From NCBI GenBank assembly GCA_010405405.1, contig MU004239.1, positions 868,001 to 932,000 of the forward strand: a DNA stretch of 64,000 bases. The letters are read 5' to 3'. Numbering within the stretch: the stretch's first letter is position 1; every line of letters begins with the position of its first letter. The DNA comes from Microthyrium microscopicum (lineage: Eukaryota). Below, in pieces: positions 22,201 to 34,356 of this stretch. Both the position numbers and the translations under genes were made by a program. The notes under the pieces were generated by a model that was given only the letters and a program-made list of their open reading frames with translations, was not told where the DNA came from and ran no database searches.

Positions 22201-23558
22201 TTACTAATTTTGACTCCTTCGATCCACTTCATGGGGTTGACTGCCTTTTCAGCTCGTTTCCGGCCGAAAGTGTTGAAAGAGGCAGTCATGAATCCAGTTT
22301 CTGCCAGTGTCTGTCCAATGGGTGCCTTTCCCAGCTTGAAGGCTGCAGAGAGTAAGGCAGCACCTTGGGGACGGAGGGAGCCGCGAGTACTAGCGTCAAG
22401 ATTTGGTTCTGATTTGAGCTTTTCATCCCGAAAACTCTGGTATACCGCACCCAAGCGGGTAAGAACCAGCTTATTGCGAACTTCTTTGCCTTTTTCATGA
22501 CCTACTGCATTTAGGTACTTTGGCTCCATTCTATGCAGGTGCAGATCTCGGTCGTAACCCCAAGAGATGAGCTGAAAGTCTCGGTTGTCCATGCCGTTCT
22601 CTACAGAGCCTCTCTGTCGCCAGAGAAACTCCTTGACAACTTCTTGATGGCCAGAGAAGGAATGAACTGGCTTTGTATAGCCATCTCTTGGGGCATCCAT
22701 CTCCAATCTTCGGTCGTAGAGGTGAAGGTTAAAGTCTCCTCGTTGAGGCATTGCCAGTAATCCCCATCCAAACGGAGTGTGACGAGCGCGCCAGACAGGA
22801 AAGGAGGTTCTGATCACCCGTTCTGGCTGGTCATTTGATTCCGAATAATCCCAGAATTTGATGGTACGATCCAGAGAACAAGTGACGATGCCGGTCTCCC
22901 TAGTCCGGTTCCAATCAATGCCGTAGATCTTGGTGGAGTGTGCTTCAATGGTTTTGAGCGGGTATGCTCCTTTTCTAGTATCCCAGATCTTCAGATATTT
23001 GTCATGTGAAGAAGCAATAATATGTTTGTTTTGACGATTCCACTTGACTTGAGTGGCTCCTGCATGCCAGTCGGCAAAGGTCATGGCCGGCTTTGCTGCA
23101 TGTCGAAGATCCCAACAGTGAACATAGCTATCAACAGCACATGTCGCCAGCATTTCAGGATCATGAGCAGAAAAATTGATATCGGTAATGGCTCGAGAAT
23201 GTGCATGGAGAATATGCTCAATTGGGGCCTGGGTGGATGGCAGATTCAAGTTCCAGACCAGAGCCTTTTGATTCGATGTGCTGACAATCCAGTAGTCCTT
23301 GGAGGCGAAAGGAGACCACTGTACGTCGGCAACGTCCCATAGTGAATGATGAACCAAATGTCGTGGTTGTGAATATGGCAAATCCAGATCAACGATATGC
23401 AGGCCTTCGCGACTAGCAAGGACAACATCGCGGCCGCTTGGGGATATGGAAGCGGATCCAACAGTATCGCTGACTCTAATCTGAACATCTTTGTCGAACG
23501 TTGGACTGTCGTAGGCAGAACGCCTGATGGGTCTATGGCCCTCCTGTTGTTCCATCAT
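19275..23558 (-). CDS. MTC5: SEACAT/GATOR2 subunit Mtc5/Sea3 (WDR59 homolog): WD40 repeats, RWD domain, C-terminal Cys/His RING-like
   Basis: 1427-aa ORF with SASISPSGRDVVLAS, VADVQWSP, WD repeats, PVWRARHTPFG, RWD FPQDYP, DIQMLAMLSCVF and C-terminal CEIC...C..GAHIAH.EC...CEC. Confidence 0.92.
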   Translation of the reverse strand: MMEQQEGHRPIRRSAYDSPTFDKDVQIRVSDTVGSASISPSGRDVVLASREGLHIVDLDLPYSQPRHLVHHSLWDVADVQWSPFASKDYWIVSTSNQKALVWNLNLPSTQAPIEHILHAHSRAITDINFSAHDPEMLATCAVDSYVHCWDLRHAAKPAMTFADWHAGATQVKWNRQNKHIIASSHDKYLKIWDTRKGAYPLKTIEAHSTKIYGIDWNRTRETGIVTCSLDRTIKFWDYSESNDQPERVIRTSFPVWRARHTPFGWGLLAMPQRGDFNLHLYDRRLEMDAPRDGYTKPVHSFSGHQEVVKEFLWRQRGSVENGMDNRDFQLISWGYDRDLHLHRMEPKYLNAVGHEKGKEVRNKLVLTRLGAVYQSFRDEKLKSEPNLDASTRGSLRPQGAALLSAAFKLGKAPIGQTLAETGFMTASFNTFGRKRAEKAVNPMKWIEGVKISNRVSDDHRGSRIHVDTPEPLSEEFKEAGKRYRKVKFEKAEVHERVAVVTLHGPWGQDDKSEFFRVHFEFPQDYPQHSTPRIQIDKSTSAVADIIMQKLYEEVWAIADHYQSRGRGCLEAVITYLLGEKDLSESVMFLADGPDGPFTSPAEELSSDDEDGLGAEEDLEASGTILTGQSLPLPARCGAVWSGDGRLVCFFPPKALPPPAFSLDAIRMADRGRRLPKQFEGFGHLREESVDPKDRSGLSDDDEDKSTGSWTDTSSSSSSDDSEDIGKLPDHFKVPMAWRPSMLRSLQKPSSHSSGGVTRKADFSKEKAIISIHDFSDILPAKRALAEEYQMFGDGPKVCQHNSEVALRLGLPTLSAVWVLCREILYDDVPLEELDQHRRNDPILVLARRNVVRIKRKDSGLDLGFDEPDTVANAKLKGRVKWGNHPFASAWLIPKLFEHYELQADIQMLAMLSCVFCEPAAQEGINSALLALESEDLPIAVKAPAFSLDYFPSTEVAWSQFQERRLNAKLATPTPSQYTDYFGRQHTTFGSLGSSNGPWIGDLPTHPPTPYTGGHTPPLSRQDTIGSSLSTSPEPNNRISRRSNSSLSTAFASFSRPFTINMSSSPPVKRMTEADLSTSAPNSAFTLGLNTSYGSSPSSPILRRRSNARTASFATFDTQHYSSDEDSDELTDDDEEVPTMFDNAKALTPTIKVTLKNQHRFDDEGYASKPLLDPTESGDYVRYRTSYAHLLGRWQLHIAQAEILKFNGLTPYWPNEINLEERWDLPVHHSVVHFADSPASDFLKPSSTPRFARSLSAESGNSLDTSGAPRALDPTAAPFVPQPQLFQTHGHGGITTRLTHSSSQANFQELLSQNSSSSQHSSAGQIPEKFDTSQANQSSLWHRATNYARKGYDEKSLGDKSQGDKDVRVKLRSCEICLERVHGLYGFCHTGAHIAHTECIESRIKFQGDDVVYVGFGCECAQEMLQNW

Positions 23559-24064
23559 TTCTGATGGCTGAAACGCGCTTCACGGCTCCAACGCGTTGCC
23601 CTGTTCTCGCTCTCATCCCGGTTCGACCTGTGAAAGTGAAAACTGATGGTCAAATGATTGAACTTTCATGAAAAGTTGCTGTGAATCAAATGAGGCTCGC
23701 TCTCTGCATCTCAACTTTCAAAAGAGGTTGCTTACTTGGAGCTAGGCTGGATTTGTCATGGCGGGGCGGCCTCACTTTCTGGAACATGACATGGGAAGCA
23801 ACGACGATGATGATACCTTTTGATTGCTAACACCGCCCCTGTTCGCTCCTTCATCTTCTTCTCTTTCCAAGATTTGCTGAGAGACACCACGTGGATCCAA
23901 ACCTTTCCTTCAAGTCTTCGGATCCTCAAATATTACAACCTCAAGCTTTCAAGGCTCATTCAGTCTTTGTGCTCAACCCGACCAAGCACAAGCACTTCAG
24001 CCTTCCTCTGCTATATGACGATACTCTGATACACCATATTCCCAAGTACACCTCGCTCTTCACT

Positions 24065-24677
24065 ATGGCTCTCCCAAAGCGTATAATAAAGGAGACCGAA
24101 CGCCTCATGGCCGAACCGTATGTGTCCCAATCCAAACCAGATCCACGAGCAAACAGCTGACTGGTCGTGCAACAGAGTTCCTGGAATCAGCGCCGTGCCC
24201 CACGATGACAATCTCCGCTACTTCGATGTGACGATTGACGGTCCAACGCAGTCTCCGTATGAAGGTAGGTGATATATGGTGTGTACAAAAATCCTCTGAC
24301 TGACTGGGATTGGTGCAGGCGGAACATTCAAACTCGAGCTCTTTCTTCCAGATGATTACCCCATGACTCCACCAAAAGTCCGGTTCCTTACCAAGATCTA
24401 TCACCCAAACATAGATCGTTTGGGACGAATCTGTCTCGACGTGCTGAAAGGTATGTTGATACACTAGTGTTGGGATCCGTCGCTAAAATGATGATGTATA
24501 GGCAACTGGTCGCCAGCTCTTCAAATCCGTACCATTCTGCTCTCCATCCAGGCTCTTCTTGGTGCTCCCAACCCGGATGATCCGCTCGCCAATGACGTGG
24601 CTCAGCAGTGGAAAGAAGACCAAAATACAGCCATCGCAACAGCCAAGGAGTGGACGGAGAAGTATGCCAAGGCATAG
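24065..24677 (+). CDS. UBC13: Ubiquitin-conjugating enzyme E2 Ubc13, 4 exons
   Basis: [87 protein letters not shown]|..[28 protein letters not shown]. Confidence 0.97.
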
Positions 24678-24854
24678 AGCTGTTGACTTTGCTGAGTTGG
24701 GTTGGATAGGGGGGTAATGTTTGATGAACAGAAAGCAATCATGACGATTGTCATGATATGTAATAGATGATGCTATGGCTCCCAAGACAGTGGGTACTCA
24801 TGCCAGTAGCTTATGGGAATGACCGGCTTTTTTTCTTTTAGCAATTGTTCATTT

Positions 24855-25179
24855 TCATGTGTTTTTGAGCTTTTGTGTTTTGATGGTGTGTGAGGCAAGT
24901 GCCTCTTTTTGCTGTGCCTACTCAAGACATCAGTTTACACTTTACTAAACGGCAGGATAGGTACACTGGACTGCGCGAACGATGACTTACTGCAGAAGTG
25001 CTCCATCTCAATGGAGACTTGTTCTCCTCGAAAGAGGGACGGCGCAACACCATCTCCTCCCACCGACTCATGCCTCCGCCGCACACTGATGGCCAGTTGC
25101 GGCGGTAGAGGGCGATGGTGTAGAGCCAGTGAGATTGGATGGTGCGCCCCGTCAAGCTGGAAACTGTCTTGGAGAGCAT
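24855..25179 (-). CDS. Putative small orphan protein, 83 aa, 2 exons (25179-24991, 24917-24855)
   Basis: CA-rich leader ending caacacaacaATG. Canonical phase-0 73-nt intron GTAAGT...CTGAT...TAG, and exon 2 is open to TGA. No recognisable domain. Confidence 0.45.
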
Positions 25180-25586
25180 TGTTGTGTTGTTGGTGTTGTG
25201 GTAAGGGGCGGTGGGATGAGTTGGCAGTGAGGTTTGGCAGCTGGACTCAAGACTTGGCAGAAACGGGATGGGAACCTGCCTGAGTAAACAATGACAGCAA
25301 CGTCAGGCACCATATACTGCTCCTGGTTTAGTCAGACGCCCCTTTGATAACGTGCCGGCGTGTATGGAAGCAGTATTCAAGGTCATATGGTTGGAATTGA
25401 GCAGGTTGAATACGCCATTGAGGAGGAGAAACTGGCAATCAGAACTTACCGCATCATGGCACGACATCAATCCGCTATTACGACAATCGCCATTGAGATT
25501 TGAGGCAGGAAATACATTTTCTAATGCTCATGCTATGCACAAATGCCAGGTATTCATTCATCTTCGTCATTTCATCCTCAATCTCA

Positions 25587-28027
25587 TCATCCAAGCTCCG
25601 AGCCACTTCCCATACCACTCCTTGTGTACCCCAAATTTGAGCTCAACCTTCTAAACCCAACTCCTGTTCCAAGAGGCGTACTACTCCGTCGTCTAGGCCT
25701 CGTTGGTCTAACCGCAGCTGACCCAGACCGACTAAGTCGCGGGCTAACCATGTTATCGCCTGGCGGCTGTAATGAAGAGTTCGTCAAAGAGGGCACCAAT
25801 GGCCCGCCCTCATCCTCCGTATCTGTGAACACTGATGATGCAATTGAGGTCGTTGGCTGAAGATGTGGGAATGATCGGCTTGGTTCGCGCGTCAGGAGAG
25901 GTCCAATCTCATCTTCTGATTCTTCGTAGTCTGGAGAGGCTGAGGAGCCTTGCGTGTTCGTCCGGCCGAGTCTGACTGTGCGCTGGGAGATTGGTGAGGC
26001 TGGTGCATCGTCCTCGTCATCCGCAAAGTCGACCTCTTCTCCATCGGAGAGAGTATCTTCATCGTCGTTTCCAAAGCCATCGCCTTCTACTGCGCAATAT
26101 AGTGGAACCCAGGCCAAGAAGCCTATGATAGCTAGCAGAGCAAATGGCGCGAGTAAAAAGTTGTTTTTGACACCCCATGTAAAAGCAATACCAGTAAGAG
26201 TGGGTCCGATCGCTCGACCGATTGCACCTACGGATGTTGCAATACCATTTACGGTTCCGAGGACTTTGAGAGAGCTAGCGGTGTTGGTGAGGAGAATGGT
26301 ACAGCAGGGAAAGGCAAAGATTGAACATGCGGATTTAGACATCCATATTGCGAATAGTGCGATTTCAGCCAAGACTGGATCGTCGATCAAAGTTGTGAAT
26401 GGAGTGATGAAGTATATGAATGGCAATATGCCCATTATCGCTCGGAGACAGGTTAAAGTTCCAAAGTATCGCGCGGTCGGAGGAAAGATGACGAATTGAA
26501 CGAATACGCCGACAAATCCGTTGATAGTGAACAGTACGCCGATTTGACCAGTATCTGTAGCTATTAGCCAATGAATGAACGGGTTGATAATGAGTTACTT
26601 ACCGAGACCGAATCCGCGATTGAAGAAGAAAGGGAGTGTTGGCTCTTTTACAACCTTTCCAGACTTGCGAAGTTAGCGAGATATTCATACATAAGAAGTC
26701 CTGTCTGTGATTTTTTATAGCATATCAGGTGGCAACTACTGAGTTTCAAGGTATTGACGGAAGTAAAAGAACTAGACTATACTTACTCTTGGATGATGAA
26801 GCAGCACTGATATGATTTGATCAAATCCGGTATTATGCGTCGCCAAAATGGTATAGGCCAATAGGTATAGCGATGTTTGATACGTAAGAACCGAAGAATA
26901 CGTTGGACGGGGCCCGTTCTCGCTTTTCTTGCTGCTTTTTGCATTTTCCAAATCTCGACTGACTACACGAGAATGACTTGGGGAATGCGTTGGGACAGCG
27001 GTGTACACAGGTTGTCTAGATATCGCACGCTTCAAACGAGACGCACTGGAGCGAACAGCAAGAACAATGTTTCGTCCAATGACAAGTCCCCAATCAGGTT
27101 TGTTGCGGCGTGATTCCAGTGTTTCTTGAAGAAAGAGAATGCCAATGGTGATGCCAATGAGAAAGAAGGAAGCGCTCACGATGTTAGGAAGTGCATATGG
27201 AAACCTCCAGAGTAAAGATCCACCAGCTGAGGTATCTTCCGGAGATCGACGAAGTGGATTGGCAAGCGCTCCTCCGATACTTGGCCCAATTACACTACCG
27301 ACGCTATAGACTAAAGGCATAAGACTAAATGCTCTTGGTTGAAGCTCCTAGAAGTATGTGAGTAAGTTTGAAGATAGGGAGAATAAGATTATAGTGTACC
27401 TTCCAGGGGCATAGTTCTAAGGTAAAGTTGTTAGCATATATCATTCAAAGCGTATGATTAACACAATTGGGCATGGAAAGAGCTTTGTTCTTTTCTATGA
27501 AGATACTCCAGAAGATCATTCAATGAGCTCAAACCATGCCCGAATTGTACATGATGACTATCAACCGGGATCTTACCGGCTATCATTGTGCGAATGATTC
27601 CAACATTTCCATTCCCAGCTCCAGACAACGCTCTCGCCGTAAGTGCCATTGGCAAATTCGTTGAGAAGCCCCATAGCAAGCTCGTCAACATGGTATTGAG
27701 TAGTCCCAATAGTATGACAGGCTTCCGTCCAAAACGATCCGAAGCTCTTCCCCATGCAATTGCAGTAAAGCACTGCGCCAAAGAGAATATAGCAGCTGCG
27801 GTGCCCGTCCAAAAGCCAACGTCGGCTGGATCTACTCTAGGGAAACTTTGGATCATCGCAGGCAGGTAGGGAAAGACAGAGGTCATAGCGATCGGCTCGG
27901 AAAAGCGCACCAGTGCTATAATACGTTAGCAATGTGTAGTAAAATCGCGAAGCTCAATCATACCCAAGATACTGAACTGCTGCCATGGCAGTTTTGGCTC
28001 ACGCCGCTTTGCTGTAGAACGTGGCAT
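25587..28027 (-). CDS. MFS transporter (YCR023C/ZIFL-like DHA1 type), multi-exon including a 17-nt microexon at 27400-27416
   Basis: RFSEPIAMTSVFPYLP, MFS motif A WGRASDRFGRKPVIL, GNGNVGIIRTMIAE-LCPWK-ELQPRAFSLMP, GPSIGGALA, LGTVNGIA...GRAIGP. Confidence 0.92.
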
Positions 28028-28429
28028 GGCTGGGGATATGAACAGTGAGAGAGAGGCAAGTTCATGGATCCAGAGGTAGAACACCCTGATACAACGTCGA
28101 AAACACACGCGATAGAGCCTCAATGATTAGGAGAGCGAAGGCAGAGGTTTATTGCTTCGTTAAAAGCATGTCGTCACACGAGAAAGAGCTAAAGTGCCAG
28201 TGGTTGAAACGGACGGAGAAAAGACCAAATGCAAACCGCCAAAAATCGACCAGCCATCCATGATTCAACTTCACCCCGCAAGACCAAAAGGAACAACTTA
28301 TCGTACTTTTTGTTAAACATGCGTGCACCTAAGCCCGTGGTAAGACATTCTATAACAAGCCTAATTGACACGTATAGAAATCAGCCTCGCGAGCTTAGAT
28401 TTGCCAAGTTTAGGCGCCCTTCTACGTTA

Positions 28430-29350
28430 ACTATAGTATAAACTACTACTAAACTATTATTAAGGATTAATAGTGTTAACTACTAAATCTCTAGCTTAAT
28501 AAATACTAAACTAGTTTCTTTATTACTTAGACTTTCTTAGTAATATTTTAATATAATATTACTATATAAAGCTTTAAAGAATTTAAGTTAAATATATAAA
28601 TAGACTTCTTAATAAATATAGCTAAGCCTTATATTTTTATACTTAGTTCTATTATCTTAATAGTACGTATTAATAATATTAACTACTTTTATAATACTAA
28701 TAATATATTATAAACTAAAAAAATTAATAATATAATAAAATATTAAATATTTATTAGATATTTATTTTAGTAATTATTATTCTTTTACTTTTTTATTTTT
28801 AGAAAGTTAGTAAAGTAGAGATATAAAGTAATTTAAGTTATATAATATATATATTATATATTAAGCTATTACTTAGCTTTATTAAATTTTATTATAATTC
28901 TTTAAAAAAATAAGTAATAAAACTTAGACTATATTTCTTATATAATTTAGTACTTTAATCTTAATATTATTATTATATCTATTTACTATTAAGAAAAAAT
29001 ATCTTTTTTAGTAATACTAAAATATAAGTAATAATATTTATTTTAGTTTTATTACTACTTTAAATAAACTAGAGTAGAAGCTTAAATAAATTAAGGCCTA
29101 AATAGTATAATATATAAACTTAGCTTTTAGTCTTCTCTAATAAACCTAATATTATATTATTTAGTACTAATTTTATTAAAGCTTTTACTAGCTCTATTTT
29201 ACTTATATTTAACTATATTTTATTCTTTTAAATAATTATAGCATTAAGCTAAGATAACTAATTTAAAAAAGTCCTATTTTTACCTAGCTAAATAATATTA
29301 CTTTTAGCTTAACTAATAAAATAAAATATAATTTTTTTAAAACTAAAATA
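28430..29350. mobile_element. AT-rich island, probably a RIP-degraded transposon relic (family not identifiable)
   Basis: Abrupt switch to very high AT with abundant TpA and near absence of CpA/TpG. No ORF >=60 aa in the track, and the boundaries are sharp. Confidence 0.75.
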
Positions 29351-31197
29351 GCAAAGGAGCGATCAAAGAAACAAGAAGCTCGCATGCTTAGTCTACGTAA
29401 TGCGTTATATGTCGTCTGCTGTGTTGGCCAGTACGAATTCTTGGGGCCTGATGATCGTACGAAAGACGACCTGGAAGTCCAAGAAGTTCCTGCGAAGCTT
29501 GAATTAGAGCGAAGACGAAACAGAGCACTTCTGCTGGGCTTGCTATTGCCACTTTGTGACTCTCAGATGCAATACCCTACTGCTTTGATGGAATTGATTC
29601 AAAAATCAAGCATCAAAAACAGTAATGAGGGGGGGACTACGATAAAGTGGAAAAGTAAAGAGATGCAACAAATGATTGCTTCACTGACACTGTTACTTAC
29701 TCATATCAGCCATCAGTTACATCTTTTACGACGTCGTGAAATGTATCCGCTGGTTATAAGCATAGCTTGGTTCATTGTGGCTTTTATCGTTGGAGTCTAT
29801 CAGAGCTTCGGCCAGCTGGGAAACTATACAGTCGCCCACTCTCTTGCTGTCGGTCTCCTCGTCAGTTTCCTACCTGTCCTGGTTCTCTTATCCGTTGCGG
29901 ACCGGAACCCAAATGGTGTAGAGCGCTGTACGGTTCGTACACCTTCGATTATTTCTGATTATAACGTCTTATGCTGATGTCGTCTATCACAGCAACTTAT
30001 CGAAAGGTGGATGTATAACGTGGATGCGATACTTGAGCATTACATCGGGCTCGAAAACAGTAAACCCTCGTGGTGGACCGAAGAAACCGACATCAGATTG
30101 ATTCTTGGTGAATATGTCGGATAGGGAAGATATCTTCGCTACGCGGGGGCTGGAGACTACCTTATGAATCAGATCTCCTCTCTAACTGGCGGGGAATCCG
30201 CAATAAGAGCCATTGATTCAAAATGCCTTGACCAAATGCCACAAGAGATCAGAAAGCGTCGGAAGAGCTGGTGGCTTTGTTGGATCGCAGGGGAGACCAT
30301 CGTTAACGTCGCTATATTTGCAGCCTTCACTGTCACATTCAACACACCTACCATTGGATTCGGCTGTTGTGCCCTCTCATATACTCTACAGGCTGCTCTG
30401 AGCACAGTCAGCTGGATCATCATTGGGATCAGTCCCCGTCCAGCGGAGTGGCAGCGTTGCATTTCTTTGCTATTCAACACCATCTCAGCATGTTTTCTCA
30501 TTTTACTCATGATGTTTCAGGTAAGGTGGGCGTAAAGTATAGACATGCATGTTTCTGACTGCTACAGACTGCTGGTATCTATAACAGCTGCTTTTGCCAA
30601 TCTTCTCTCATCGGTAGCAAATTTTACGGCGGTCTAGGACATTTCGGTGGATATGTTCAGTATGCTTCACCAGCCTTTTATGAAAAAGCCTATCATGTGG
30701 ATAGATTCTGGAAATCAGCCACTGTTTTCGGGACTATCAACTGCGTAGGCTGGTCTATGTACGCCTTTCATGCTTGGAACAAAAGCAGACCACTTTGGGA
30801 TGAATACTGGGGTCATGAGCTTGAAAAGGCCTTACCAGCTAGAAAACGAAGTCTCGCTGCTTTACTTGGTCGAGGCAGCAATCATAGTAAGTATGAAATC
30901 GACCCAGAAGTTCTGTCTTTGCAAGAGCAATCACGAGAACATGCTCTGAGAGATGAGAAGGCATCTCGCCATCCGAAACCACAAGATCAGGAAGTGCATA
31001 TTGCGAATGAAGACCAACAACAGGTAGCGTCAATTTCGGACCGCTTCGAGCCCGACACAAACTCTCAGCAGCCAGTGGAGAGAAAAGATTCGGTAGTACG
31101 TTTCCAGGAGGACCAGACGGGCAGTCTCTCTGTGGATTTGGAAGCAAACACTGGAGTTGAGCTCTGCATAGGTCTGTACGAATGGCTTAGTGGATAG
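29345..31197 (+). pseudogene. 5'-truncated multi-TM fungal membrane protein gene with in-frame TAG at 30122-30124
   Basis: Exons ~29345-29932, 29993-30520 and 30568-31197 are joined by canonical introns. Several hydrophobic segments, DRNP, TFNTPTIGFGC, YNSCFC. The frame reads GEYVG*GRYLRYAG and runs upstream into the AT island. Confidence 0.7.
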
Positions 31198-32198
31198 GAG
31201 ATCAAGTAACTACGTTGGGTACTGAAGTATCTAAGATACTTATCCTTCTTGTCTTAACTTTCCAACAGCAATATAGATGCCTGTTACTAAAAACGAAAGT
31301 CTTAATTAGACTGAAATGAACGTTATGTCTTTAGTAGCTTGTTTCTCGTGCTTCGCGGTAGACCCCATACTTCTGGGTAGGTACTTGTCTAATTTTCACA
31401 ATTGTCCTAACAGAAATCCTGCTATGACGATAGGCATCGCGATCATTTTACCTACAAAGGGTATTGCTTTTGTGACCTTGGAATCGAAACCTCATATAAA
31501 CACTTCTATTAATATACTATATTCGTCATACAGCACATTTGGCATGAGAGACTTATGTTATCTGAGGTTGGTCATAAGCTGTAAGATGTAGACAGGTTCA
31601 AAGTGCTGACAGCTTTTCGTTATGTGCTATCGCCTGATATAAATATAGAACTAGATGATCCTTGCCTCAAGGAGCGGGCCGTTAACCGGAAGAAGAACCG
31701 GATTGACCAATGATTTCACCTTGTCTGACTCCTAGTGCTGTGCGGTGACCAAATCTGGCTAAGATATGGTGAACGAAAAATTTCATTGCGTGCTGAAAGC
31801 GATATGTTGTCTCATACACTTTTCTTCTGGTACTTCGTAAATATCAAGTGATTTTGCAGCTTGTGTCGTTAACATTGTGTACTGTAGGAGGTACATACTC
31901 CGGGTGACTTGTCTGCTGATTTCTTCTTGTGCGTTAATGGATCACATTTTGAACAAACGATTTCAACGTTAGATATCAAATTCCTGAGCACTATCCCGAT
32001 CAATCGAACATGCTTTGATTCAGACGGCTAATGTTCTCCAGTCCAAAGTCTAATCATAGACAAACCCACTTACCTTCTGGATTCCAGTGGCACCGATTGT
32101 TTCTCTTAGTCGTCAATCGTAACAGGCTTGGACGACATCAGATATCAAAACCAAAACCATTTAACGCTGCAAAAGGCAGTTGCCTCAACTCATACAGA

Positions 32199-34163
32199 AT
32201 GGAGGATCCAACCGATACATTAGAGCCCAGAGATGATCAACCACTACTTCTAGCACCGGATGCTGACACATGGACTCCTCCACGAAGCTTCTTCTGGATC
32301 GAAGCAGCCATCATGGCCAATGTGTTTCTATACGGGTTTGACACGACTATCACGGCTTCCACATATGCCGTCATTAGCTCAGATTTTGATGCGGCAAATA
32401 TGGCGTCCTGGCTAACTACTTCATATCTTGTTACAAGCACAGCGTTCCAGCCATTATATGGCCGCTTCTCTGATATATTTGGCCGACGCATCTGTTTCTT
32501 CGTATCGACGGTAACCTTCTCACTGGGCTGCTTGGGCTGTGGAGCAGCTGGTAATGTTCTCCTGCTTATCTGCATGAGGGCACTTTCAGGTTTAGGAGGA
32601 GCAGGGCTTATGACGATGGGTTCGTAAACTTTCAATATTGATTCATCCTTCGTTTTATTCCACGTACCGTCCCGAAAACGGAGGGTAACTTTCCAATTCC
32701 CAGAAAAAAGAGTCGCAGAAGGATTATGCTTATGGGCTAATAAATTGTCATTTTAGCAACGATCGTCAACTCGGACATGATACCGTTCAAGAATCGTGGT
32801 ATATATCAAGCCATGCAAAACGGTGTCATGGGCTTTGGCATGATATGCGGTGCCAGTTTTGGAGGATCCATCGCAGACAGTATTGGGTGGCGTTGGTGTT
32901 TCCTGTCACAAGTGCCCATCGCAGTTATGGGACTTGTTTTGGGAGTTTTATACGTCCCTGACCCAGCTGGTGGCTTGGAGCATCTCCCTTCCACAAATGG
33001 ATCACTCTTAAGTCGTGTCGATGTATCCGGCGCATTCCTACTTGTGATTGGGATCTCGATTCAACTAGTCGCACTCTCTCTTGGTGGAAATGAGCTTCCT
33101 TGGTCTAGTCCATGGGTTGTTGGCTGTTTGTTCGGCAGTACATTGATTTTGATAGTCTTCGCATGGGTAGAGTCTAAGGTCGCCGCGATTCCTATAATAC
33201 CTCCGCGCATGGTGGCAGGGAAGTTCCCATTCCTCATTCAGACCGCGAACAACTTCCAGGGTCTATCAGCATACGCCGTGAGTCGTTAGCATATGTCTTA
33301 GCCTTAGATGATTTGAACTAACCTGGCTCGTAGTATCTTTTCATGCTGCCGCTCTATTTCCAGTGCGTTTTGCTAGATTCTGCTACCACTGCAGGCACCC
33401 GGCTCATCATACCATCTTTGGCAACGCCATTGGGAGGTCTAGTAGCCGGAATTGTCATGTCGCGCTGGGGAAAGCTACTGTCGATTGTGTGAGCAAGTCC
33501 CGTTGCAGAATTGTCGATGAGTAGGGACTAATTTTGGAACAGGCAAATCGGACTTGTGTGTATGGTGCTGGGCAATGCACTTGTGACAAGTTTTGAGATG
33601 GAGGAGCCCGTATGGAAGTACCTGGTCTACGTTTTCCCTGCAAACTTCGGCCAGGGAATGGTCAATCCAGGAACGCTCTTCACGTCTCCGGCCTTCTTTG
33701 ACCACTCAGGTAAGTGGCAACTGTTGATGGCTTTCTGCAGCTACAGGTCAAAATACGGGAACTGAAACAAGACAGATCACGCGGTATCAGCCTCCACAAC
33801 GTACTTGCTTAGGTCCCTTGGAGGTGTCTGGGGAGTGGCCATTACATCCGCCATTGTGCAGAACACGCTAAATGCCCGATTGACGAAGGCTTTCCATGAT
33901 CTTCCAAATAAGAATGCGGTAAGTGATCATAGAATGTGGTTGGTGTGCACAGGTCCTGTACTGATTATGCATAGTTGATTGACGAGATTCGCCACTCTGT
34001 GGATGCCATTAGATCTTTACCTCCTGACATACAGCTCGCAGCGCGTCGTGCGTATCATCAAGGGATCCAGTACTCGTTCGCGACATCAACAATCTTCGCC
34101 GGCGTCGCTTTTATTTTGGCCTGCTTAGCACAAGGTCGGGGATTACGAAATACGCATAAATGA
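32199..34163 (+). CDS. MFS transporter, DHA2/14-TM type (Vba-like vacuolar basic amino acid or multidrug transporter), multi-exon
   Basis: NVFLYGFDTTITAS, SWLTTSYLVTSTAFQPLYGRFSDIFGRR, SDMIPFKNRGIYQA, GWRWCFLSQVP, LGGNELPWSS, YLLRSLGGVWGVA. Confidence 0.92.
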
Positions 34164-34356
34164 GCGTGTGTAAGAATGAGCTGCAATTCAAGAGATAAAC
34201 ATCACCTAGCTCATAAAATCATTGTCCCGTTATCATTTAATGGTGAAAAATATCATCTCACGATGAATTGTGCGGTGAGATAGGCATCTTGGAGCGCGAT
34301 GTCATAAATACCTAAGTATGTATTGCTGCAGTACGATCCGTCGCTACATTTCTGAC

